From positions 1,364,001-1,428,000 of the forward strand of contig MU008159.1 in the NCBI GenBank assembly GCA_010909165.1: a stretch of DNA of 64,000 nt, given 5' to 3'. This DNA is from Anthoceros angustus (taxonomy: Eukaryota > Plantae > Anthocerotophyta). The translations under genes and the position numbers were made by a program. Below the pieces are notes generated by a model, which did no database searches, had not been told where the DNA came from, and was given only the letters and a program-made list of their open reading frames with translations. Positions 1 through 11,087 of the stretch are shown here, piece by piece (the first letter of the stretch is position 1; each line of letters starts with the position of its first letter).

Positions 1-674
1 CTTCTTGATCTTGGGTGCGTGTACGTGGGCCTCCTTGCCCCCTGGTGTATGCACTTGTTCACCCAACTGGGCCCTCCTGGCATGTTTGATGATAACCGGG
101 TATTAGGTCACCGCCAAAAGAGACGGAAACACCATAAAGAATAAAAAGGAGATAGGGTGTTCTTCATCGCATTAGGGCATAGGATAGATATCTATATGAG
201 AGCGGTCTAGGTGAACCTCCGCCGATGTCTGCTACTTTGTTATTTTGTTGGGAGTTCCGACACATCCTCAAACCTCCAAAAGGACATGTTTCCCCATTAG
301 AAGATCATTTTTCGCGTTCTTTTTACACAGTGCGTGCACAAGTTTGCACATAGCGTTGTTTAGGCGCGCCTGGTATACAAAATTATACAGAACCACACAA
401 AATGCAGAAACTAGGGACATGACGAAATTATGGAACAATGAGGTCACTGGCCCTTCATCACACCGACTAAATCGCCATGAACCTAAGTATAAGGCGCCAG
501 TGTATTTTTGTAGGTGTTCATCCATCGGTTTTTTGCATTCTTGGCTCTGGCACTACTTCCTTTCGAGTCATTTACCCTATTTCGCTGGAAACGGAAGTTA
601 GTTTGGTTTTTGTTTTGGGATTTTTTCCAAAACCCCTTTTGACAGGAGAAACCCTTTCTACACAGAGGATGTTT

Positions 675-1043
675 TTTGCTTTAAGTGCTTCGAGATCTAT
701 TGTAGTCCCTCGCTTGAAGATTCTATGGTCTACATTGGAACTAAGTGGGATTAAAGAGATAATCACGTTTTTACCCAGTAGTTATTCTAGTTAGGGTAGT
801 TACCCAGCATGTACTTGAAGACTGAGCAGTACTAGAAGAAGATCATTTCATATACAACATGTGTTTTGGTGTTCGCTCATTGCGAGCGTGTGTCATTGCT
901 GCCTTTGCTTTAAGTGCTTCAAGATCTATTGTAGTCCCTCGCTTGAAGATTCTATGGCCTACATTGGAGCTAAGTGGGAGTGAAGAGATAATCACATTTT
1001 TACCTAGCAGTTGTTCTAGTTAGGGTAACTAGTTACCCATGTA
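675..1043. repeat. Two ~140 bp direct repeat copies (about 675-813 and 904-1043)
   Basis: tttgctttaagtgcttc(g/a)agatctattgtagtccctcgcttgaagattctatgg...ttctagttagggta occurs twice with scattered substitutions. Confidence 0.85.
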
Positions 1044-1369
1044 GGCCTGTACTGATGCCGTTATAATAACTATTTACCAATATTATATATATTATATGCT
1101 ATTATCTATGTAATTATGCTTCCCGGGCTTTTGTGTGTTCGCTCACTTTGTTTGGCCCTGGACACTCCCCTTCTCGGCAGCATCCTGCGAAGCCGTCCGG
1201 ATACTACATTGGATGTCTTTACCGTCCACATAGGGGCGATGGGGGAACAACGAGGTCATTTTGTACATTCATATTTTTAAGAATTTATATAACTATTTTT
1301 TATTTTAAAATAGTTTGTAATTGATTATATAAAAACTTATTTTAGAAAGAATAAAATTTAAATGGAAGC

Positions 1370-3210
1370 AGGTGTTTGAAGCCTAGAGGGTTCCATGGTT
1401 CTCAATAGGTGATGACATTCCCAGCAGCGTATGCACCAGGGACTCTACAGTGCCATGGAAGACTTGCTGCTGTGCCGCATTCTACATTCTTGAGCCTCCT
1501 GTAGGCGTGTGCGGGTCTGGGCAGCCTGGCTTTGGAGAAGGGGAACGAGCGTTAACAAATCAGAGAACCAAGAGACGAAGCTGCTGCTGTGCATGTAGGC
1601 AACAGTTTGGTAGACTTGTGTGGAAATTGTGGAAGCTTTGGAGACGCACAAGGTGTGCTTGACATACCTATCAAAAAGATGTTCTCACATGGATTGCTCT
1701 GATAGCAGGATATTGCCAGCAGGATAGGACGAGGAAGCTTCATCTCTACATGAGTATGCAACAATAGGGCATGGCTGGAACGGACAGAGTGATATTTGCG
1801 TGCCCCTGCAGGCATGTGCAATTGTGGGCACATTGGCATTGGAGATGAGGAAGGAATTTTTATACACAACTTAGGGAAGGAGGGCATGAAGATGACAGGG
1901 TTATAGACAACAGTTTGGTAAACATTTACACAAAGTGTGGCAGTTTGCAGGAAGATGCTAAGGGAGTGTTTGACGGTCAAATGGGTGAGAAAGATGTGGT
2001 GACATGGACAACTCCATGAGCAAGATATTCCCAGCATGGCACGTATGTCACGAAACCCTTCATCTCGCACGCATTGCCCTGGCCAGGGCTCGATACAGTT
2101 TTGCCCAAGTCGCTGGATTATAACAGACTACGTCTTGGCAAAACATATCATGATAAAATACAGGGTACATATAGGTAGCTTTGTTGCTGTGAAATGCGGG
2201 TTGTAGAAGCTTGCCTGTAACAGTTGGGAAGAGGCGAGATATTTTGGTAAGTAGTTGGGAACTCTCGCATGTCTGCATCCAATTGGGTGACATTTGTGTG
2301 TCTCCTGCAAGCATGTGCAAGTCACCCCGGCCTTGGGAAGGGGAAAGCACGCAAATCATAGAACAAGGACTAGTACTTGACGACACCTCCGAAAAACAGG
2401 AAAGGAACAAGGATTTGAAGCTGATGTGATTGTAACAACAGTTTGGTGAACATGTATGCAAAGTGAGGCAACTTGGAAGATGTTTGTGATGTGTTTAATG
2501 GTCATAGAAGCGTGGTGACATGGACTGCCATGATAGCAGGGTATGCCCAGCAGGGGAAGGGACACGAAGCTCTTCGTCTTGACACAGCCATGCAAGAAAG
2601 CGGCATTGCTGTACCTAGTTCTCTAACATTTGTGTGCCTCCTTGAGGCATGTGCAAGTGTGGGAACAAGTCTTTGGCGGAGGGGAAACAACTTGATAGGC
2701 ATATTGGGGATGAAGGCACCGGATGCTGATGTGTTTGTAGCCAGCAGTTTGGTGAACATGTGTGGTGGCAGCTTGGAAGATGCTCACAGTGTGCTTGACG
2801 GTCTTGTTGCAGAGAATGTGGTAACGTGGAATGCCATGACAGTAAAGGATTCTCAGCAGGGCATGGGAGAGGAAGCCCTGTGTCTCCACAATGCTATGCA
2901 AGAAAGATGCCACAACTGTACCTAATGGTGTCACATTTCTGTGCCTCCTGCAGGCATGTGCAAGTGTGGCCGCCTCAGCTTTGGAAAAGGGCATACACAC
3001 ATCAGAGAACAAGGATATGAAGCTGATGGGTCGGCCGGTAGCCAGCAGTTTAGTAGACATGTATGCAAATTGTGGCGGCCTTGAGGATGCTCAAAACGTT
3101 TTCCAAAGACGTGATCTACGTTGAATGAGGACATGGCTGTGCCCGATTCCATGACATTTGTATGAATGCTCCAGCCATGTGCAAACGTGGCAGGTTTGCA
3201 CCACCAGCAT
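1370..3210 (+). pseudogene. Degenerate PLS-class pentatricopeptide repeat (PPR) gene
   Basis: Recurrent PPR motifs in shifting frames: VVTWTAMIAGYAQQGKGHEAL, TFVCLLEACAS, VFVASSLVNMCGGSLEDAHSVLD, VPNGVTFLCLLQACAS, SSLVDMYANCGGLEDAQNVF. Many stops and frameshifts; no E/DYW domain recognised. Confidence 0.85.
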
Positions 3211-3429
3211 TAACCAGGCTGCTTCCACGCACTAATTGTTCTTCTCCTCGCCTGCACATATCCTGCGCCTGCTCCCGCGTCTGAGCGGTTGTCTAGTTTC
3301 TTGACATCAACACATAGGCTGCCGCATGTTTGTTGGCTAGGTTCGCAGCTTCGTCCAGAGCAAGGCGCCTCTTGAATTCTACTGACACTAGCTGGGTTCT
3401 CAGGAAGACCATTCACCTCTGAAAAAGCA

Positions 3430-4450
3430 GCAGGTTTGAAGCAGCCTCTTGATCTGGAATTCTCAATGAATTACAGTCTAGTCGTCAGACTGTGAGCGAG
3501 CTTTCAAATTACCAAAACCCAGAAATGAACGTGGAGCACGCGTGAGAGCCACAGTCTTTCAGGCCTGTATCTGTAACAAAACCTACACCATGGCTAGATG
3601 CTTTTACGCAAGATATTATGATCACATCCCTGTCCTGACCTTGAAATGCATCGACCCTGTTGATGTAGACCCCCTTGTTTTTGGCGAGCGTCCCAACAAC
3701 AGACTGAAACCCGTTTGAACACAAGACAGCTGTTGCTTGTAAGGTGCTATAAGTCCTACAGATACAGCAGACTCAGGACCGCGAGCAATTTTCGGGACTT
3801 TCTGGAGATGAAGATACAGGCGGACAACAACTTGAGCTTCAAGAGGTTGGGATGTTTCAACTTGTACTTCTGCAGGTTAGCTGTAGTTGAAAAAAACGAT
3901 GTGTGTGGCCCAGGAGGTACTGTGCCATCACAACCTTGTCATGTTCCTGCACTGCCGCAGCTAGTTGTTGAAGTTTGGAGTTCTGTGCGTTCCGGGCTTG
4001 ATTCCTGGCTGCCAGAATTTTTGGATCCATACCAATTGTAGCAGGTCCGCGGAGAAATTTTGGTATACCCAGAAGATCCTTTTTCAGCCCGGCTAAGTGC
4101 TGTGACAAACTCATTTCCTTAATTCTCAATTGCTGCAACCAACTTACCATGTACTTCCTCTCGTTTCCTGTTCAGGAGGTGCTCAGTCCGTCTTTCCGCA
4201 GACACAGCGTGCGCTGTCTGTGATCAGTTCTCACACGGGCAACATCAGGTCGATAAATTCTCATCTGTCCATCCATAATTCCTCGATCATACACGTGGGA
4301 CAGAAGCTCATGTGTTGCAGTATTTCACGGAGAACAACAAGCATTCGAGGTTTAAAAGCTGACCCTGGAGCCCTTCACAGACTTCTCCAGGTTAGCCGTA
4401 GTTGAAAAAAACGTTGAGAGTAGCCCAGGAGGTGCAGGGCAAGACCCTTC
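3430..4450 (-). pseudogene. Internally deleted SEN1/UPF1-like (superfamily 1) helicase pseudogene, At4g30100-like
   Basis: Minus-strand pieces read KPRMLV...THELLSHVYDRGIMDGQMRIYRPDVARV, SWLQQLRIKEMSLSQHLAGLKKDL...IGMDPKILAARNQ, then jump to EAQVVVRLYLHLQK...VGLIAPYKQQL...YINRVDAFQGQDRDVIIISCVKASSHGVGFVTD (AAA_12-type C-terminal motifs). The DEAAQ region is missing and frameshifts are present. Confidence 0.8.
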
Positions 4451-4564
4451 CATCCTCCTCATCTTCAGCAACTGGGGCCAGAAATTCTCGCCCTTGCCAG
4501 AGTTTGAAAACCGCTCTTCCCTGCAGTCCGAGGGTTTAAACTGTCGGAATAAGGGGCAGAAGCT

Positions 4565-6022
4565 ATGCTCTACGTGGTGGGTTTGGGTCTCGGGGATGAG
4601 CGGGACATCACGCTGAGGGGCTTGGATGCTGTGCGGAAATGCGACAGGGTTTACCTGGAGGCTTACACCTCCCTGCTGGCGCTCGGTCTCGGCTCCTCTG
4701 CCACGACTACTCTGGTGAGACATGCGGGGCCATTGCTTCTGCTTCCACACCGTTATTGGATGGTGGGAGATATGGGACTCGCCTGACCAGTACTTGCTGC
4801 AGGAAAAACTGTATGGAAGGCCTGTGATTGTTGCAGACCGGGAGATGGTGGAACAAGGGGCAGAAGCCATTCTCGAAGAGGCGCGCAATGCAGATGTGGC
4901 TTTCCTTGTGGTTGGCGATCCGTTTGGGTGAGATTTCATAGCAGCTGCTGTGTGCGTTGCTGGTTGCTATAGGGAATGCTGACCGGTTTTCGTGCGGTTG
5001 ACAGGGCTACCACTCATACAGATCTTCTCGTCCGAGCGAAACAGATGGGTGTGGAATTTGAGGTTGTGCACAATGCGTCTGTGATGAATGCCGTTGGGTC
5101 CTGTGGATTGCAGCTCTATCGGTTTGGAGAGACGATTTCCATACCCTTTTTCACAGATACATGGCGGCCTGACAGCTTCTACGATAAGCTCAAGGTCAAC
5201 CGATCCGTTGGACTGCACACCTTATGCCTCCTCGGTATGTTTCCCTGTCTTGTCGAGGCTTCATGCAAGAGACCTGGTGCTGCGGATTTATGATGCTCCT
5301 CCTTGTGCTTTTTTCAGACATACGTGTGAAGGAACCGTCTGTTGAAGCCTTGTGTAGGTGAGAAATGGGCTTCTGTATGAAGATGCGTGCCTCCGATGAT
5401 ACCCCTAACGCTTTCCTTCTCTCTCTGGAGAAAGGTGATCGCCGCTGCGTTGAAGGAGATGTGCAAATCCAGTACTTGGTAGACTAGTGATGGTGTCTGC
5501 TAGTCCTAGTTTTTCAGACATGTGATGCGAATCCATCTCATGCTCTGATGATATGTCACAATCGCAGGGGGAAGAAGGAGTACGAGCCACCCAGATACAT
5601 GACCGTGAACACCGCCCTACAACAGCTGCTGGAGATTGAAGAACAGCGAAATGAGAAAGGTTTTGATCCTTATCTTTCCTTCTGTTCGGTTTTGATCCTT
5701 ATCCTTACTTCTGTTTGGTTTTGATCCTTATCTTCCTTCTGTTCAGTTTTGATCCGTCTCTTTCCCAGTAGCAAGATGACGAAAGCTGGCTGGGTTCGTG
5801 TTTTTCTTTGACCAATCACGCCCTTTGTTCTATGCAGTGTTGGATGAAGAGACGCTCGCCGTGGGCCTAGCTCGGCTTGGGAATCCTTCCCAAAAGATAG
5901 TGGCAGGTTCCATGAAGGAGTTGCTGGATGTAGACTTCGGTCCTCCGCTTCACTGCCTCATAATCCCCGGGAAAGTTCATGTCATGGAAGAGGAGATGCT
6001 TGGCCAGTACCGAAACACATAG
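4565..6022 (+). CDS. DPH5: Diphthine methyl ester synthase; 6 exons: 4565-4714, 4803-4927, 5005-5234, 5318-5357, 5568-5659, 5838-6022 (273 aa)
   Basis: [91 protein letters not shown]. All introns are GT-AG and phases sum to 822 nt. Confidence 0.97.
5661..5760. repeat. Intronic minisatellite, ~29 bp unit x ~3.5, in DPH5 intron 5
   Basis: ttttgatccttatctttccttctgttcgg repeated with minor variation. Confidence 0.9.
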
Positions 6023-6203
6023 CGACAAGCTTTTCATTCAAGATCCTACTTGCTGGATGCTGGGTGATAAAACATAGCGCTGACTGTTTTTATAGAGAAA
6101 TTGTCCTGAACACCGGATTTCCATTCAGTTAACTGCTCACAGTGGTGCACCACAACTGTGGTGCAATCACGGCAACTACCGAGTTACAAGACATTGTCTT
6201 CTG

Positions 6204-8299
6204 TCACGATATCTTCTCCTTGCTGGCTTTACCACCAGGGACAGACCATTGAGCCCAATTACAATACACTGCCAGTAACAAGAAATGTACGAAACAGAAA
6301 CAGGTGATCAAGGCATCGAATAGGTAGGGATATCTCGTCGGAGCTGGGATTGCGAGATAAAGTAGATGAAGCAGCGTTCCGCAGCTGAAAGAAAGCACTG
6401 CGGCATAGTGCAGCGCCTTGCTGTACCAGTGATGCTTTTGACTCTCATCATCTGCCGACGGAGAGGAAGAGGAAACGAGATAGAACAGCCACAGGAGAGC
6501 CAGGTAAGGGACAAATAGTCCATCCCTGCGAAGAAGTGGCAGCATAGAAAATGTTGCGAGAGGCATAAACCACCTGATCACCGCCGGCTGCTCTAGTGCT
6601 AAAAGAGTTGCTGGAAGAACCGGGAGCAAAACTGACTTCTCGTGAACTGCAAACGACACAACATAGTTAGATAGTACTCTCACAGAAATCAACGTGAAAT
6701 GCCACTACTAGATACAAACTGTTTGTATGCACAGAAATGCCTCCAGAAGATGCACACACCTTGATAGGCAAATAGGTAGAAAGCAAAAGAGCTGTTCAGC
6801 ATGGCGAGCACGAAACCCTTTGTGCTGGGAGCCAATATCTGCTGGATCATGGACGGCAGTGCTGCTGCTACAGTAGCTACAAGCGACAGAGATGCTAATC
6901 TTTGCATGGGAAACAGCTGTTTCCACTTAATAATGAGGGACGTCCCACACCAGAAATTTGCCACATAATCCTCATAGATGCCGCGCTCCAACGGTGCAAG
7001 GCGTTGCAAGACCTGAAATGTTTCAGGACGCAGTATTGTCAAAGAACTGGCTGACAGTTCGCATCAACCCCTAAAAATTCATGGGAGTACAAGAATTCTG
7101 TCAATCAAGGAACGGAAACCGACCTCTGATGCAGCCTCCTTCGAAAGATATGGTAACCAGCAAAGCCCAAAAGTTGCAAGGACCGTGCATCCTAGTCGGA
7201 AAACCCCGAGCAAAGGGTGCTTTTTTTGCAAACATCGTCCTAGAAGATGGGCAAAAAAAGCCGGGGCATAGTAGGCACTCATCTGCAGGGAACCGACCAG
7301 CCCTGTCAGTCAAGAAGGCCAGGCTCTCACCAAGGGAACTAGAGCTCGAGATCAGAAACAATGCGTACCTGCTTGTGATTCAACGAAAGAGAGAACAACA
7401 AACAGGCAAGTAACTCTCTCCTTGCGAGAACAGCTGTGGCGGCTGCGGCAGCAAGTCCCAAGCTGATACAGTTGTACTGTGGAGATGCCAAACAAATGTC
7501 ACAATTTTTTGTAGGACAAGACCACACAACTACGTCTAGACAATTTAACCTGCACAACCTTGCTCACGTGAAAAAAGACAGACTTAACACCTGAAAGTGC
7601 CCATGATCAATGAGCAGTAGAGCAGGTTGAAGAAGAATGATGGCCAGCACCCAAGCACGCTCTTGATCAGTTCGACTGCGGTAGTAGACCGCAACTAAAC
7701 ACAACACGGCTGGGATAAAGACAAGGAGGTCCGAAGTCAAGACCGTCCAACGCATGAGGATCTTGCTGCGCCCTTCACAAAACACAGTCGATGATTTAGA
7801 AGGTGATCCAAGACCCTCGTCATTGACATTCAGCTGCAGCGAGGACGGACCTGTTGGCCGACTCATAGCCCCGGGAACTGTGAAGTGCAACTGCTTGGGG
7901 CTCAAACCACTGCAGCATCAAACCGTGCACATAACTCTGATATGCAGTGAGAGGAGGGTAATCGAGACCCCAGTGGCTGAGATCGTTGTCCACAGAGGGC
8001 CTGTACCACTCCCGAACAGGCGTGTGCACGGTGATCTCCATCCAATGCCGCTGAGCTTCATAGTCACCAAATTTCGGACCATTTCCTGCACCTGGTACAA
8101 CGCAAGCCTGCACTACTTGACAACCGTTCCAACCAAGAAGAATTGCGCAGGGAAGAGCTACAGAATCATGGAGCAGAAACCTACCAGAGTAAGAGTGCAG
8201 GGAAACTAAGAGGCGGACGAACACTGCGAGTGCACACAGCATCGCCGTTGCAACGCCAGGTTGCCGGGTTACCCACCACCAGCTGCCTCCTTCCGCCAT
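6204..8299 (-). CDS. ALG6: Dolichyl-pyrophosphate Man9GlcNAc2 alpha-1,3-glucosyltransferase; 7 exons: 8299-8185, 8091-7851, 7765-7591, 7476-7369, 7282-7124, 7012-6760, 6646-6204 (497 aa)
   Basis: FGDYEAQRHWMEIT, WGLDYPPLTAYQSY, LIDHGHFQYNCISLGL, LNHKQMSAYYAPAFF, RGIYEDYVANFWC, YQVHEKSVLLP. Phases are consistent and the C-terminal KEKIS is a KxKxx ER-retrieval motif. Confidence 0.96.
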
Positions 8300-8448
8300 A
8301 GCTGATCATCGACTGCCCTAATTGCACACGACGAACAGTACATGTTATTGGAATTGATATAGGAAAGCCCTGGACTCTTTCTGTGCCGACTTAACCTTGT
8401 CAGTTGAGTGGTCTCAGTAGGCGATAAAGGAGAGGAGAATCAGGTGTC
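8300..8448. promoter_or_regulatory. Probable bidirectional promoter between ALG6 and the COX7c-like gene
   Basis: Only 149 bp separate the two divergent start codons; promoter function is inferred. Confidence 0.55.
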
Positions 8449-9051
8449 ATGGCGACAGCGGCAGCAGCAGCGGCAGCCAGGAATGGCAGGATCGCAGCTT
8501 CTAGGGTCTTCGCTGCCATCTCTCCCTCCGGTGCCTAACCTCGTCATCTCCTCGCTACTTTTTTTTGTTACTCTGTGGCAAGGAAGGGTAGATGTGATCT
8601 CGTCCAAATGCTGTTCTTTGATGATGCGGAAATTTTGATCCCGGCTCAGGGATTAGCTTCCGGAAGCTCTTCACAATTTCGTTCCGTTTTGCTATGAGTT
8701 GCCTCACGACCGTCAGGGTTTCAGTGACCTTGCCAATTCGTACTCCAGCTTGTGCCAGCTACAGTAGAGCCTGTGTGACAGTCTTGGGATAGGGTCAAAC
8801 CAGCTGAAGGTGGGATGGTCCAACTGTGATGTGCAGGGACACGCTCCGTGCATTCCACAGGAGCTAACCGGATGGGATCCAAGGCGGAGTCAAGCTACGA
8901 GGATTATATCCACGCGGAGCACATGTACAACTTGCAAGCCATGAAGTACCGGAAGCTCAAAATGGGGGTGGGGGTTTTCGGAGCCCTAGCAGTTGGATCT
9001 TTCCTTCCTGTCTTTGCTGTTCTGTACTCCAAGAAAAAGATGGGGTTGTAA
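8449..9051 (+). CDS. Small mitochondrial membrane protein, AT4G00585-like (plant complex IV COX7c-type subunit); exons 8449-8530, 8837-9051 (98 aa)
   Basis: Ala/Arg/Ser-rich presequence-like N-terminus, then VHSTGANRMG...YIHAEHMYNLQAMKYRKLKMGVGVFGALAVGSFLPVFAVLYSKKK, matching the recalled plant motif FHSTGVKRMG...YLHAKHMYNLDRMK...LKMSL.VF.AFSIGV.VP..AV.FQQKK. Phase-1 GT-AG intron. Confidence 0.75.
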
Positions 9052-9723
9052 ACATCAACATGGTCGGAGAGATGTAGCGGGTAGTCTTCTGATGACTCCT
9101 GTGTAGCCCAGAGAGCTGTCCCCCGGGAGCTGAAGCATAGAGCAATTCAGTCTTTCCTTGATGTTGTAGCCTTCCCGCAGTTCAGCATGCGGCTTCATTG
9201 GCTCAAATATGACAAATGCGTACACATGTTGAGTGTTCATCCCAAACTTCTGTGAGCAATCTTGTTTTCATGAATGTTAATATTGTTTTAACGTACAAAA
9301 CTGGTTTATGCTGGTTTGCCACGAAGCCTGCTACGTGCCCGAAGCTAAGATATTTTGGCCAACTCACCCACGCAACCAGCTGACCCAGGCATACAGTCAC
9401 CAGGGCTTGAAGTTCTTCCGTTGTCCTGAGCCCAACTAGCAGAGTTTGAGATCTCTAGTGCTGCTGGTTTGCGTCCTGTCAACTCTTACGCAGGTGAAAG
9501 TGTGAAGTCGGTCATTTGCGCACTGCTTCGGACCTGTTGCTGTGCACGTCTGCCGCTCGTGCGGTGATGTGCTTCTGGTCTCTCTGAATAACATCAATCC
9601 AGATCCCGAAGGCTCACTCGCAGCTGTGCTTTCGGGGGTTGTCGCTGGCTTGTGATGTAAGTGTGGAGAACGCTGTTGAGAATCGTAATCGGGCCGAGTT
9701 TGGGTTTGGTGGAATAAGCCGGC

Positions 9724-10604
9724 ATGGCCGCGGTTCTGTCTCAGCACAGGGACATGGGAACCCTTCTGCTGGGGCTGAGGAGCAACGGCCTAGCCTTAGG
9801 GAGCTCACAGTTTGAGGAGTTTTTGGGACTGGTGGCTAGTCGGAATCTGCCAGTGAGAGGGCCCAATTCGGCACGGATGGCTGGGCAGCCTTGCTCCAGC
9901 TGCTTGGGTAGCCAGGATTTTGTTGCTGGCGTGGGCAACATTCGATGCTCTATGGATGACTTCTCCTCCTTGAGTGAAGATGGACCTAAAGAGCCAACGT
10001 TGCCCAAATTCAACCGCCTTCCCTACAACAGCACGGCCATAGCCAAGGCCATCGAGCCGACGGATGTTGCTGTGGATACCAGTTTGCGGACATCTAGTGG
10101 GAGAAGGAGAAGGGGCAGGCAATACAAGAAGGCCACGCCGGCACAAGTGAGGGGCCTGCTTCACATCTCCAGAATTCCTGCAATTGCTTGTTTGTGAAGT
10201 GTTTGACGTGATTGGATCTGGCCAGACAATTGCAGGATCCGTGATAGGAGCTGCTTGCGCCGCAGGGATGTTTAATGTGACTATGGAGGCGTACAATTAC
10301 CTGCTGAAAAACCCGCCAGCGCATGACTTGCCGATGGGAATCACTGGGGAAGTGAACCAGCTTTTGCTCACCGTGGTCAGTTGGCCTCGTTCACCAGCAT
10401 TTGCCATACTACTGGATGTTCCAGTTGGTGTAATTTTTCATACTCCAGTTGGTACTTGCTGATCCTGTCACTTGCGATGGTTGTGGATGGCAGTTAACAG
10501 GCTTTGGAGGACTGGCGGTGAGCATGTTCGCAGTGAGTAGCTTTGGTCTGCTATTACTCTCCATCAAGCTTCTCAAGGCCCCACCGCCTCCTCCCAAGCC
10601 CTAG
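9724..10604 (+). CDS. DUF3082-like putative plastid membrane protein; predicted exons 9724-10146, 10226-10375, 10494-10604 (~227 aa)
   Basis: Transit-peptide-like N-terminus, then ATPAQTIAGSVIGAACAAGMF...YLLKNPP...VNQLLLTVLTGFGGLAVSMFAVSSFGLLLLSIKLL, resembling the two-helix DUF3082 pattern. Phase-0 GT-AG introns; family call is from memory. Confidence 0.6.
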
Positions 10605-11087
10605 CGAGCCTAGCCTTCATACTGCTCGCTTGCCTTGGGCTGTTGGCAGGTAGGAGGTGCCTCCGCTGCCTGGTTAATATACTGTAAAGTCCAAAATTAT
10701 TGGGAAATGCAGTATGCCTTTGTGCCGAGTTGACTGTCCTGTAAATGACTTGGGAGCAGTTCCCGTCTTGTACATACTCTGTACAACAGCCTGTAACATG
10801 TAAGGGTGGATCCTGTGAAAACGGGTTTGGCATGGCCTCCCACATTCTGTAAATCTGTCAAACATTATGTTTACTAATGGGCAAGGCATAATCAGTCCCG
10901 TCTCGTAACTGCAACCTGGTGCACACGGCCATCACGCAAGTGAAGTCCTTAACTGGAAGAGCCCAAAGGAAGCCTCACCGCCCGACGTTACAGCTCCTCC
11001 TTCTCCAGGTTCAGTTCCCCCGCCTGCCCAAAGGAAGTGCGTCATCAGAGTTCTTGAAGTGACATGGGTTTCGCTAGACAGCCAACT

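Noticed and set aside
104-118. Possible minus-strand primer-binding site (tggcggtgacc)
   Set aside because: No adjacent LTR-terminal CA, and I could not match it to a tRNA 3' end.
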